This document shows, piece by piece, positions 19,183-28,939 of a stretch of 44,370 nt of DNA (its first letter is position 1; every line of letters begins with the position of its first letter). The DNA is taken from NCBI GenBank assembly GCA_963514965.1, contig CAUPXC010000001.1:1-44370 (forward strand), written 5' to 3'. A program made the position numbers and the translations under genes. The notes beneath the pieces were generated by a model, which did not search any database, had not been told where the DNA came from, and saw only the letters and a list, made by a program, of their open reading frames with translations. Source of the stretch: an uncultured Candidatus Saccharibacteria bacterium (lineage in GTDB: Bacteria > Patescibacteriota > Saccharimonadia > Saccharimonadales > Saccharimonadaceae).

Positions 19183-20445
19183 TTATATTTTAAGTAATCG
19201 ATTAATTTTATCCATTAAGCCATTAGCATCTTGGCCACTTACCATTGTATCATATCCTACGCGCAGCAAACCCATGGCAGTTACAAATGTATGGTCGGTG
19301 ATATCACCTGTTGTATCAGTAATACCAACCACCTCGGACGGTTTGATGCGCTGCACCACTGGTTTTTTCGTGAATGGCAGCTCTTTGTACCATGGTTCAC
19401 TCCCCAGGGCGTCAACCAATTTTTCTAAGCTGGCGCCTCCACCACACAGTAAAATCCTATTTGGCAAATGATCAACACTATCAAATTCGCTTAACGCCAA
19501 TTCTACTCCAGATAGCCACACGTCAAGCGTCTTATCAATCGCACTATCAAGCCGCTTCTTGACCGACGGCTTAACGTACTCATGACCAAGATTGAGTTTT
19601 AATTTTTCAGCATCTTTATAACTGAGATCAAGCTCCGTGGCAATTGTTCTAGTGAAACTGCGACCACCGATGCCAAACATCCTGGTGCCTTCCACGCCAC
19701 CGTCATTGACCACGGCAATGTCGGTCGTTCCACCACCAACGTCTGCTAAAATTGCAGTGAATGAACTATTGGCGTCTGTTCCCAGCACGCTTCTACTGAC
19801 CGCAAATGGCTCAGCCGCTACCGCTATCAGCTCTAACGCCAACTCATCAGCCACCTTTTCCAGCGCACCGATATGCACCATTGGCGCAAACGCCGTATAG
19901 ATCTGCACTGCCACGTCTTTGCCCTGAAAACCGATTGGATTTGACACCTTATAGCCATCAATGTGCAAGCTCACCAGGGCCGAGTTGACCAATTTCACTT
20001 CGACGTCTTCATTGCCAGTTTCCAGCGCGATCTGTGCTTGAGCTTTGCCTTGTGCTCGCTCCTGAACTTTTTCGATGATAAATTCCATCTCGGCAACGTC
20101 CAACGCTCGTTCTGGCTGCGGACGACGATAGCGGATGGTGTTCGTCATACCTTTGACCAATTCTCCAGCGATGCCAATCACGACGCGGCGTGCCTGAACA
20201 CCAGCCTTTTCCTCGGCTTCTGCCAGGGCTGCTTCACAATTGGCGACCACACCAGATATGTCAGCGATTGCCCCTGAGTGCATATCGCCCAGCTCTTGCT
20301 GTTTACGGCCAACGCCAATCACTTCGATGGCATCATTTCGCACTTCAGCGATCAAAGCCTTAACAGCTTCTGTACCAATATCCAGACTAACTAGTAACTC
20401 TCGTTCTTCTTTTTCGGTTTTTTTGAGCAAGTCTTTTAGTACCAT
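19183..20445 (-). CDS. FtsA-like actin-fold ATPase
   Basis: LDIGTEAVK, DVGGGTTD, GGRSFT, AEKLK, LCGGGA, SHS2/1C-type insert and C-terminal amphipathic helix LMDKINRLLKI. Confidence 0.85.
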   Translation of the reverse strand: MVLKDLLKKTEKEERELLVSLDIGTEAVKALIAEVRNDAIEVIGVGRKQQELGDMHSGAIADISGVVANCEAALAEAEEKAGVQARRVVIGIAGELVKGMTNTIRYRRPQPERALDVAEMEFIIEKVQERAQGKAQAQIALETGNEDVEVKLVNSALVSLHIDGYKVSNPIGFQGKDVAVQIYTAFAPMVHIGALEKVADELALELIAVAAEPFAVSRSVLGTDANSSFTAILADVGGGTTDIAVVNDGGVEGTRMFGIGGRSFTRTIATELDLSYKDAEKLKLNLGHEYVKPSVKKRLDSAIDKTLDVWLSGVELALSEFDSVDHLPNRILLCGGGASLEKLVDALGSEPWYKELPFTKKPVVQRIKPSEVVGITDTTGDITDHTFVTAMGLLRVGYDTMVSGQDANGLMDKINRLLKI

Positions 20446-20491
20446 ACCCTAAATTATATACTGCTGATGCTTTTTGAGCAAACGTTATGAA

Positions 20492-22396
20492 CTATTTCAA
20501 TACAGCTTTCACCCGTCGAACACCGGCGGAACTGGATTCTTCCTTGATTATCCTAAATCGTTTACCGTTTGGCGTACCGTCATCGTCCTGAGCCAATTGA
20601 CCAGTATGATCCACATGCGGACCACCACAAATCTCGAAGCTGACTCGCTGGTCACCCTCTCCCATCTGATAAACCTTAACGGTATCGCCGTAGCGGTCAC
20701 CAAAGGCACCAACCGCGCCCATGTTGAAAGCTTCCTCGGTTGGGTATTCAGTATAGCTAACAGGCAAGTCAGCGTCAATCCAAGTGTTAACTAGTCTCTC
20801 CACCTCGTCCAGCTGTTCACGCGTAACCTTGGCGTCATTGTTAAAGTCAAACCGCAGTCGCTCAGCAGTGATATTACTGCCGCGTTGCATAACGTGATCG
20901 CCCAATACTCGTCTCAGTGCTGCGTACATCAGATGATTCGCCGTATGCAGTCGACGGTGTGCCATAGTCTGACCTTCCAGCCCACCTTTAAATGTACCTT
21001 TGGCAGCAGTTTGAGAACGCTTACGCTGCTCCGCCATACAGGCGTCAAATTCCGCCTTCCAATCTGCCGCGAGCTGAATATGATGACGCTTGGCAATCTC
21101 GACACTCAGTTCATATGGGAAGCCATACGTATCATGCATGGTGAAAATTTCTTGACCCGTCAATCCGTCAGCAATAAAGCTCAACAAATGCTTCGTACCC
21201 TTAAGTAGCGTACGAGCAAAGGCTTTTTCTTCTTTCATCAGCGTGATGATAATCTTGTCACGCTGTTCGGCCACCTCTGGGAAATCTTGAATATACAAAT
21301 CAGCGATGACCGGCACAATTTCCTCGAAAAATGCATCCTGAATGCCCAATTCGTGCGCAAAACGAATCGCCCGGCGTAATAAGCGGCGCATCACATAGCC
21401 TTGCTCTTTGTTGCTCGGCACGCAGCCATCAACCGCCAGAAACGTCGCCGCTCGCAAATGGTCAGCGATCACCCGCATAGCCTCAGTATGCTCTTCGTAC
21501 TGTTTGCCGCTCAGGTCTTGTAATTTTTCAATGATCGGCCACATCAAGCTAATTTTAAAGACATCTGGATCATCGATAGCCGCCGCCGCGATACGCTCCA
21601 GGCCCGAACCATGGTCGATATTTGGCTTCTCTAATGGCTCAAACACGCCATCAGCCACCTTTTTGTAGGCCATAAAGACGTTATTGCCAATCTCCATAAA
21701 TCGTCCACAGTCACAGTTTGGATGGCAATGCTCGCCAAAACTTTTATCGTGCTCAACCGAGGTGAACTCATAAAACATCTCGCTATCCGGCCCGCATGGA
21801 TCCCCAATTGGCGTAGTTTCCGGCCCGCCATTGCGACTCCACCAGTTTTTGCTGCCATCATAGTAAAAAATCCGCTCACCTGGTTTAATACCGCGCGCAT
21901 AACCAGTTTCTTCTGAGCCGATATCAGCTTGACCGCTACTTAAACCTGCTTTTTCGTATAGTTCCGCCCAAATTTCCGCCGCCTCAGTGTCTTTCGGGAT
22001 ATTATAACGTTCATCACCGATGTAACAGGTGACATAAACACGATTCATATCCAGCCCAACCTCTTCGGACAAGAATTGCCACATCCAATTGATCTGCTCT
22101 TTTTTGAAATAATCGCCCAAACTCCAGTTACCGAGCATCTCAAAAAACGTTGTATGACGATTGTCGCCGATGTCATCGATATCTTGGGCGCGCAAACAAG
22201 TCTGGCTGTCAACGATACGATTACCCTCAGGGTGCTTGGCCTCGCCCAACAAATAACTAATCATCGGCTGCATACCAGAGCCAGTAAATAGTGTGGTTGG
22301 GTCGTTGTGCAGCACCAGCGGTGCTCGACTGACAACAGCATGACCATTACTCTTATAAAAATCGAGGTATTTTTTACGGATATCTTGAGCTTTCAT
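20492..22396 (-). CDS. alaS: Alanine--tRNA ligase, short form (634 aa)
   Basis: DPTTLFTGSGMQP, HTTFFEMLGNWS, DHGSGLER; editing motifs HTANH and ICGGPHV; ends at GVRRVKAVLK. Confidence 0.96.
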   Translation of the reverse strand: MKAQDIRKKYLDFYKSNGHAVVSRAPLVLHNDPTTLFTGSGMQPMISYLLGEAKHPEGNRIVDSQTCLRAQDIDDIGDNRHTTFFEMLGNWSLGDYFKKEQINWMWQFLSEEVGLDMNRVYVTCYIGDERYNIPKDTEAAEIWAELYEKAGLSSGQADIGSEETGYARGIKPGERIFYYDGSKNWWSRNGGPETTPIGDPCGPDSEMFYEFTSVEHDKSFGEHCHPNCDCGRFMEIGNNVFMAYKKVADGVFEPLEKPNIDHGSGLERIAAAAIDDPDVFKISLMWPIIEKLQDLSGKQYEEHTEAMRVIADHLRAATFLAVDGCVPSNKEQGYVMRRLLRRAIRFAHELGIQDAFFEEIVPVIADLYIQDFPEVAEQRDKIIITLMKEEKAFARTLLKGTKHLLSFIADGLTGQEIFTMHDTYGFPYELSVEIAKRHHIQLAADWKAEFDACMAEQRKRSQTAAKGTFKGGLEGQTMAHRRLHTANHLMYAALRRVLGDHVMQRGSNITAERLRFDFNNDAKVTREQLDEVERLVNTWIDADLPVSYTEYPTEEAFNMGAVGAFGDRYGDTVKVYQMGEGDQRVSFEICGGPHVDHTGQLAQDDDGTPNGKRFRIIKEESSSAGVRRVKAVLK

Positions 22397-22416
22397 ATCT
22401 GTTAATTATAGCACAA

Positions 22417-22445
22417 CATAAAATCGCCCCAAAACGAGGCGATTT
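22417..22445 (-). terminator. Intrinsic terminator after rpsP
   Basis: Minus strand AAATCGCCTCG-TTTT-GGGGCGATTTTAT hairpin plus U tract. Confidence 0.7.
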
Positions 22446-22461
22446 CAAATAGCTCATATGA

Positions 22462-22824
22462 TTATTCAGCGGATTCTTCTACTGGCTCTTCAGCTGGAGC
22501 TTCTTCTTTTGGCTGGTTTTTGCGCAATTTTTCCGGGTTACGGATGGCTTTGTGCTTGTCAGCAGCCGGCTCTTTGACCCATTTTGGCAACTTGACACCA
22601 GCTTCTTTCAACAACTTAACAACACGTGGTGTTGGCTGAGCACCATTGTCCAAATATTTTTGTGCCAATTCAACCTGAATATTTGCTACTTTTGTGTGTG
22701 GATTGTAGCTACCAACATAGGCGACAACGCGACCGCTTGATGGGTGGCGCTGCGCTTCCTGTACAGCTAGGCGGTAGACTGGGTAGCCCTTACGACCCAA
22801 ACGTTGCAAACGAATTGCTAACAT
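22462..22824 (-). CDS. rpsP: 30S ribosomal protein S16
   Basis: MLAIRLQRLGRKGYPVYRLAV...GSYNP...GAQPTPRV. Confidence 0.97.
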   Translation of the reverse strand: MLAIRLQRLGRKGYPVYRLAVQEAQRHPSSGRVVAYVGSYNPHTKVANIQVELAQKYLDNGAQPTPRVVKLLKEAGVKLPKWVKEPAADKHKAIRNPEKLRKNQPKEEAPAEEPVEESAE

Positions 22825-22902
22825 ATACTTATCTTATTCCTTCTCTTACACTCTTAGGTTAATTCTTATTCTGTATCAGTGTACACTATTTTACTCGATG
22901 CG

Positions 22903-23955
22903 TCAATCTGTTTGAATAATCCCGCCGCCCAAACATTCCTCGCCGTCATATAGCACGGCTGATTGGCCTGGTGCGACGGCACGCTGCGGCTCAGCCAGCT
23001 TCACCGTCACCTTCTCGCCAGCGTCGTTCATGCGCGCAACTTCCGCATCAATCAACGGCGCCCGGTGTCGCACCCGAACCTGATAGGTGCCGTCTTTTGG
23101 TGGTTCACCAATCCAGTGAACATCAGCTAAAGTTAACTCTTTCCGCCAGAGATTTTCATTATCAATTGAGCGTGACACGTAAACCTCGTTCTTTGCCATG
23201 TCTTTACCGACGACATAATACGGCAAACCCCCACCAATATCCAACCCATGCCGCTGCCCCAAAGTGTAAAATATCGCCCCGTCGTGCCTGCCAACAACTA
23301 CACCTGTTTGTTGATCGATGATGTCGCCCGGACTCGTCTCGACATATTCTGACAAAAACTCGCGAATCCCCACCTGTCCAACAAAGCAAATGCCCATCGA
23401 TTCCTTTTTACTAGCAGTCCACAACCCCCGCTCTTTGGCCATCTCGCGCACCTCAGCCTTGGTAAAATCACCCAGCGGGAACATGGTCTTTGCGAGTGCC
23501 TCCGACGTCACCCGGTAGAGGAAATAGGTTTGGTCTTTGTTGTCATCGTGCGCCCGAAGCAAACGCCCCTCGCTCGTCCTGGCATAATGTCCCGTCGCGA
23601 TATATTCCGCACCTGCCGCCAACGCCGCCTCCAAAAACAGCTTAAACTTGACCTCTTGATTACACATCACATCAGGATTTGGTGTGCAACCCGCTTGGTA
23701 TTCGCGGATCATATAGTCAACGACATTTTGCTTGTATTCTTTCTGGAAATCAAACACCTGAAAATCGATCCCCAGCCCCACCGCCACGCGCTTGGCATCA
23801 GCCACATCCTCAGCCCACGGACAGTGCATACCCGGCAAATCTTCCGACCAATTTTTCATATAGACGCCGGTCACGTCGTGACCTTGCTCAACCAATAGCG
23901 CTGCCGCCACTGAGGAATCAACGCCGCCCGACATGCCAACAAACACCCGAGCCAT
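22903..23955 (-). CDS. mnmA: tRNA 2-thiouridylase MnmA
   Basis: GMSGGVDSSV, TPNPDVMCN, ATGHYA, KDQTYFL, SMGICF, APGQSAVLY. Confidence 0.97.
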   Translation of the reverse strand: MARVFVGMSGGVDSSVAAALLVEQGHDVTGVYMKNWSEDLPGMHCPWAEDVADAKRVAVGLGIDFQVFDFQKEYKQNVVDYMIREYQAGCTPNPDVMCNQEVKFKLFLEAALAAGAEYIATGHYARTSEGRLLRAHDDNKDQTYFLYRVTSEALAKTMFPLGDFTKAEVREMAKERGLWTASKKESMGICFVGQVGIREFLSEYVETSPGDIIDQQTGVVVGRHDGAIFYTLGQRHGLDIGGGLPYYVVGKDMAKNEVYVSRSIDNENLWRKELTLADVHWIGEPPKDGTYQVRVRHRAPLIDAEVARMNDAGEKVTVKLAEPQRAVAPGQSAVLYDGEECLGGGIIQTD

Positions 23956-24551
23956 CAGCGTGTTCCTCCGATGGTAAATAAGCCAATCTTGATCAATTCA
24001 CCAACTGCCAGCCACCAACCCCACGGCGTCAGCCACCAGATATCACCCCAATGCTTATCACGACTGACTGGGTGTGACAGCACTTCCACCCCAGGCACCT
24101 GCGCCGCAAACTCAGACCGAGCTCGCTGCATATGATAACCACTAGTCACCAAAATGATACGCTTCATTTTGCGAGCAGTGATGACTGATTTTACTTCAAC
24201 TGCATTCTGTTTTGTCGTCTCAGAATGGTCTTCAATGATAATATGCTTATCTGGCACGCCCTGTGACAATGCTCGACGTTTCATAGCCTCAGCATTGGAC
24301 AAGCCCGTCTTATCAGCTGCTGCACCCGACATGATGAGTAATGACGACCATTTCTGCTTATATAAACGAATCGCTTCGTCAGTTCGTGCATCAGTATCGC
24401 CACCAGAAACCGCTACGATGGCATCAGCCGTCGCACACTCACCAGAGCCAGGGCTAGGACACTTCGCCAAATCGTCTGGCGCTAGATACATTGTCAAGCC
24501 AATGATAATCACCACCACAACAACAGCCAGTCCAATCAATCGATGAATCAT
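23955..24551 (-). CDS. YdcF/ElyC/SanA (DUF218) family protein
   Basis: DAIVAVSGG, IMSG, AEAM, EDHSETTKQNA, LVTSGYHMQRA. Confidence 0.88.
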   Translation of the reverse strand: MIHRLIGLAVVVVVIIIGLTMYLAPDDLAKCPSPGSGECATADAIVAVSGGDTDARTDEAIRLYKQKWSSLLIMSGAAADKTGLSNAEAMKRRALSQGVPDKHIIIEDHSETTKQNAVEVKSVITARKMKRIILVTSGYHMQRARSEFAAQVPGVEVLSHPVSRDKHWGDIWWLTPWGWWLAVGELIKIGLFTIGGTR

Positions 24552-25705
24552 CGCATCCTCTCCTGCTCTTTTCGGACTGCCTGGATGATCAGTTCAGCTG
24601 CTCGAACAACCATTGCTTCATCATTCAACCTTCCAAAAGTTATGCGCAAACTGCCATCAATATCTGAATCACTCAAACCAATAGCCGATAGCACATGCGA
24701 ACGCATGCCAGAGTTAGCAGCACAGGCACTACCTGTCGCCACCATCACACCATGCATTTCCAACAAAAAGACCAGTCGTTCAGCGTCCAAACCCGGAAAA
24801 GAAATATTCAAAAAATTCGCCAACGACTTTTTACGATCAGACGAAATGATCATTTCCGGTAGTTCAGCCTTGAGTTTCTGAATCATACCATCACGCAATC
24901 CCTGCAGTCGCTTGACTTCAGCTTTGCGCCGTTTGGCAGCCAATTCCAAAGCCTCAGCAAAACCAACCACCCCAGCCACATTTTCCGTGCCACTGCGAAG
25001 ACCCAGCTCCTGTCCACCCCCGACAATGGTTGGTGCAATATGTACACCCGGACGCACCCACAGCAGGCCGACTTGCTTTGGTCCGTAAACTTTTGCCGCG
25101 CTGAGCGTCAGCAAGTCAACGCCCAATCGTTTCACTTTTATGTCCAACAATGCTGCCGCCTGAGATGCATCAGTATGGAAATAGAGCGGCGTATCCTCGC
25201 CAGCAGACCGACGCCGTTCCCGCTCTACTTGAATGACGCGAGCAATCTCTTCAATTGGTTGCACATAGCCCAGCTCATGATTTGCCAGGGCGATTGATAC
25301 AAAACCAACGTCTGGAGTGAGAACCTGTTTCACTGCTTCTGGAGTAATTCTTCCTTTACGATCCGGCCGAATCAGCACTGGTTCTCGGTGGCGGCCAGCA
25401 GCCGACAAAACTGATGCATGTTCGATGATCGCAACTGCGCACGTTGTCTGCTGCGCTGCCTGAAACGCCAAATTAACCGACTCCGTGGCGCCGGCCGTCA
25501 TCACCAATTCATCCGCAACAACGCCCAGAACCTGGGCGATGCGCGCTTTGGCGGCTTGATAGTCACGCTTCACTGCAACACCAGCAGCATACGGGCTGGA
25601 TGGATTGAAAAATTTCTCAGAAAAATAGGGCTGCATCACCTCAACCACCAACGGGTCCATCGGCGTTGCCGCCGCATGATCAAGATATATCAAATTATCA
25701 TTCAC
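24548..25705 (-). CDS. iscS: Cysteine desulfurase (IscS/NifS family)
   Basis: YLDHAAATP, NPSS, GATES, HTDASQ, SAAKVYGPK (PLP Lys), RSGTENV, GSACAA. Confidence 0.92.
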   Translation of the reverse strand: MNDNLIYLDHAAATPMDPLVVEVMQPYFSEKFFNPSSPYAAGVAVKRDYQAAKARIAQVLGVVADELVMTAGATESVNLAFQAAQQTTCAVAIIEHASVLSAAGRHREPVLIRPDRKGRITPEAVKQVLTPDVGFVSIALANHELGYVQPIEEIARVIQVERERRRSAGEDTPLYFHTDASQAAALLDIKVKRLGVDLLTLSAAKVYGPKQVGLLWVRPGVHIAPTIVGGGQELGLRSGTENVAGVVGFAEALELAAKRRKAEVKRLQGLRDGMIQKLKAELPEMIISSDRKKSLANFLNISFPGLDAERLVFLLEMHGVMVATGSACAANSGMRSHVLSAIGLSDSDIDGSLRITFGRLNDEAMVVRAAELIIQAVRKEQERMR

Positions 25706-25714
25706 TGTTATCTA

Positions 25715-26158
25715 TTATACCACCTGTAAAGGTTTGCCGGTGTCTGGATCTTGTTTATACAATTTGCGCGAAACACGCTCATAATATTCCTTCACTGCCA
25801 AGACAAAGTTGTGTAGCTCCTCGCCTTCCAGGTAGCTGTATTGGTAGTTTGGCTGGACCTTCAATACGCCTTTTTCTTGGATTTCATATTTGGTCGTCAA
25901 TTCTTGCACTTTGCCATCAGCGCCAACCACTTCTTCATACCAAATCCAGGTTTTCTTATCCAAGTTGAAAAATTCTCGGCGCTGCACATGTTCAGGCTTA
26001 TCACCAAAAATTGTCGCACCAATTTGGCTCTCCATCTGAATCAATTGTCGCTCGGTTAGCGGCTTAGCTGGTCGGTCTTTGCGCCGGATTCGCATCAACG
26101 GTTTTACCGACTCGTCTGCAAAAACCAGGCTTGCAGCTTTTTTAAGAATCTTACTCAT
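25715..26158 (-). CDS. Hypothetical protein (147 aa)
   Basis: Strong AAGGAGGT SD; globular-looking sequence (REFFNLDKKTWIWYEE); fills operon space. Confidence 0.8.
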   Translation of the reverse strand: MSKILKKAASLVFADESVKPLMRIRRKDRPAKPLTERQLIQMESQIGATIFGDKPEHVQRREFFNLDKKTWIWYEEVVGADGKVQELTTKYEIQEKGVLKVQPNYQYSYLEGEELHNFVLAVKEYYERVSRKLYKQDPDTGKPLQVV

Positions 26159-26171
26159 ATACCGAACCTCC

Positions 26172-26537
26172 TTATGCTGCTACTTCAAAATCAGCTTTAG
26201 TTACAGAGTCAGTCTGTCGCATTTTGGCCAGATACTCACCAATTTCCTTAGAATATCGCACTGCTTCAACGGGATCTTTGGGGTGTTTAGGGAATTCAAT
26301 CAATAATACACGTGGAGCTTCCATTGACTTGGCTAAGCTTGATGCTTCACTCTCGCCTGTACTGCCACGCATAGCAGCACTTGATAGTGAACGAGCATCA
26401 GCAGTTTGATGCGCAGCAAGCTCGTCAGCACGACCGACAGGAGTAGTCTCAAAATTCAGCGTGTTTGCCTTTTCCAAGGCAGCTTCCAACGCCGCATTAA
26501 CTTCTTTGTCGTACGTACCCGTGTTGTTCTCTCGCAT
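26172..26537 (-). CDS. Hypothetical protein (121 aa, Ala/Glu-rich)
   Basis: GGAG SD; tight packing between tatD and the next gene. Confidence 0.7.
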   Translation of the reverse strand: MRENNTGTYDKEVNAALEAALEKANTLNFETTPVGRADELAAHQTADARSLSSAAMRGSTGESEASSLAKSMEAPRVLLIEFPKHPKDPVEAVRYSKEIGEYLAKMRQTDSVTKADFEVAA

Positions 26538-26549
26538 ATTTCTCCGCTG

Positions 26550-27368
26550 TTACAAGCCAAAAAGTTTTACCGTGTTATCGGTCGCTGCTTTTTCGAGGTC
26601 GTGAAGCGCTAGCTTGCGCTCCGCCGCCCAATACTGTGCCACCAACTCCACATATTCTGGCTTATTCATCTTACCACGAAATGGCTTTGGTGTCAAGAAT
26701 GGCGCATCAGTTTCTAGTAATAATCGCTCCAGTGGGACAGAAGCGAATAATTCTCGCTGCGTTTGGTCTTTGGTGAACGTGCTAATGCCATTCAAACCAA
26801 CATACAACCCACGAGCAAATCCCTTCTCCAAATTAAGGCGCGTATCAGTAAAACTATGCAGCACACCGCGCACGCCATGGAAATTATCAAAAATCGGCCA
26901 AAAGTCATCCCACACCGACGGCTGGTCGGGTGCGCCATCGCGAATATGAAAACTAACCGGCAGATCATAATCCACCGCCAGCTGCAGCTGCGCCTCCAGC
27001 GCCTGAATTTGCACCTCGCGCGGGCTGTGATTGTAATAATAATCAAGCCCGATCTCGCCAATCGCCACAATTGGTGAATTATCCTCTCTACTTTTAAGCA
27101 GTCGCTCCACCTCACCCCAGCCATCTTTGCTGTCGTGCGGATGAACGCCAACTGCCGCCCAGGCAAAGTCGCGGTTTGTGGCAAACTCTACTGCCTGTCG
27201 ACTACTGCGTTCATCGGTGCCAATACAGATCATACCGATGCCCGCTGCGATTGACTGCTGATATAACTGCTCGCGATTGTCCGCGAAAAATTCAGTGTCA
27301 TGCAGATGACAGTGCGAATCGATCAAACGCAAAGTTGTCGCCGTGTGATGCTCCGCTGCTGAATTCAT
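26550..27368 (-). CDS. tatD: TatD family DNase
   Basis: DSHCH, GVHPH, GEIGLDY, HSFT, LETDAPFLTP. Confidence 0.95.
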   Translation of the reverse strand: MNSAAEHHTATTLRLIDSHCHLHDTEFFADNREQLYQQSIAAGIGMICIGTDERSSRQAVEFATNRDFAWAAVGVHPHDSKDGWGEVERLLKSREDNSPIVAIGEIGLDYYYNHSPREVQIQALEAQLQLAVDYDLPVSFHIRDGAPDQPSVWDDFWPIFDNFHGVRGVLHSFTDTRLNLEKGFARGLYVGLNGISTFTKDQTQRELFASVPLERLLLETDAPFLTPKPFRGKMNKPEYVELVAQYWAAERKLALHDLEKAATDNTVKLFGL

Positions 27369-27370
27369 GG

Positions 27371-28882
27371 TTATTTTCCTTGGGCTTCTACTTTTGGCGC
27401 CCGCGGATCAGGCGTGTGCAGGTATTTACGCGGGAATAGTGGCGTCAGCTCTGGTGGCACAACGCCACTAGCAAACATGTCGTGAATCTTCTCAGCAGTT
27501 TGTGGCATGAATGGGCGCAGCATGTCAGACACTTGTAGCAATGTACCGCAAGCATACGCCAAGATCTCGCCTAAGTGTGCTTCCGCCTCTGGATCTTTGG
27601 CCCGTTTTTTGGCAACTTGCCACGGCTGGACACGCTCAATGTACTGATTGAGCGCACGGATAATTTGCCAAATTTCATCCATAGCTTGGTTAAAAGCAAA
27701 GCTCTCCATGAAGTGGCGGTATGGGCCCATGTCGTGTTCGGCTTGCGGCGCATCGCCAATGACACCTGCTTGATACGACTGCACCATCTTGGCGACTCGC
27801 TGCACCAAATTACCGAGATCATTGCCCAGCTCACCGTTGTACGCGGCTTCAAATTTCTCCCAGGTAAAGTCACCATCATCTTGCGTCGGCACGTGGCGCA
27901 GGAAATAATAGCGAAAGGCCTCGACACCGTAGTGCGGGATGATGTCAGCTGGACCGACACCATTACCGAGACTCTTACTCATTTTGGCGCCACCAACATT
28001 GATAAAGCCGTGCACTAACAGTACTTTTGGTAGTGGTAAATCTAGCGCCATCAACATTGCCGGCCAAATTCCAGCGTGGAAACGAAGGATATCCTTTCCA
28101 ATCACCTGCACATTCGCTGGCCAATAACTCTGCCATTCCTCTGGACGATCAGGATAACCAATGACCGTGATGTAATTACTCAGTGCATCCAGCCAGACAT
28201 ACATCACCTGCGTGTCATCGCCTGGTACTGGCACACCCCAGCTCAGGTTCTTGCGCGGACGCGAAATTGACACATCTTTGAGGCCATCTTTCATCAATTC
28301 CAAAAACTCTTTTTTACGAAATTCTGGCACAATTTTCATCTTGTTTGACTCAATAGCCTGACGAATGTTCTCCGAAAAGGCACTGGTTTTGAAATAATAA
28401 TTTTCTTCACTCAGCCGTTGGTATGGTGACTGGTGATCAGGACAAATACCATTATTTTCAGCCGCCTCCTTGTCAGTGACAAACGCCTCACAACCTTGGC
28501 AGTACCAGCCCTCATACGTACTTTTGTAAATATAACCAGCCTCAGCAAGTTTTCGCCAAATGTATTGCACCGCGCCAACGTGATGCGGGTCAGTCGTGCG
28601 GATAAAATCCGTCGCCGAAATATTCAACTCAGCGATCATGTTCTGGAAATTGCCATGCATTTGATCGACGTAGGCTTGCGGTGTCTGATTTTGGCTGGCA
28701 GCCTTGGCAGCAATTTTATTGCCATGCTCATCCACGCCCGTCTGGAAACGCACCTCGCGGCCGTTTTGCCGTTGATACCGTGCCCACACGTCTGCCAACA
28801 TATAGTCCATGGCGTGTCCGATGTGTGGCAAACCGTTGACATAAGGAATAGCAGTAGTGATATAGGCGTGTTGTTTAGTCAT
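27371..28882 (-). CDS. metG: Methionine--tRNA ligase; start corrected to MTKQHAYITT
   Basis: YVNGLPHIGH, DEHGNK, YVWLDAL, GKDILRFH, KMSKS; TGaTACAAT 7 nt upstream of ATG 28882. Confidence 0.96.
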   Translation of the reverse strand: MTKQHAYITTAIPYVNGLPHIGHAMDYMLADVWARYQRQNGREVRFQTGVDEHGNKIAAKAASQNQTPQAYVDQMHGNFQNMIAELNISATDFIRTTDPHHVGAVQYIWRKLAEAGYIYKSTYEGWYCQGCEAFVTDKEAAENNGICPDHQSPYQRLSEENYYFKTSAFSENIRQAIESNKMKIVPEFRKKEFLELMKDGLKDVSISRPRKNLSWGVPVPGDDTQVMYVWLDALSNYITVIGYPDRPEEWQSYWPANVQVIGKDILRFHAGIWPAMLMALDLPLPKVLLVHGFINVGGAKMSKSLGNGVGPADIIPHYGVEAFRYYFLRHVPTQDDGDFTWEKFEAAYNGELGNDLGNLVQRVAKMVQSYQAGVIGDAPQAEHDMGPYRHFMESFAFNQAMDEIWQIIRALNQYIERVQPWQVAKKRAKDPEAEAHLGEILAYACGTLLQVSDMLRPFMPQTAEKIHDMFASGVVPPELTPLFPRKYLHTPDPRAPKVEAQGK

Positions 28883-28939
28883 GATACTCATTGTATCATT
28901 ATCTGGAACAATTTTCACCGATATGCGTTCGCCGAGGGC

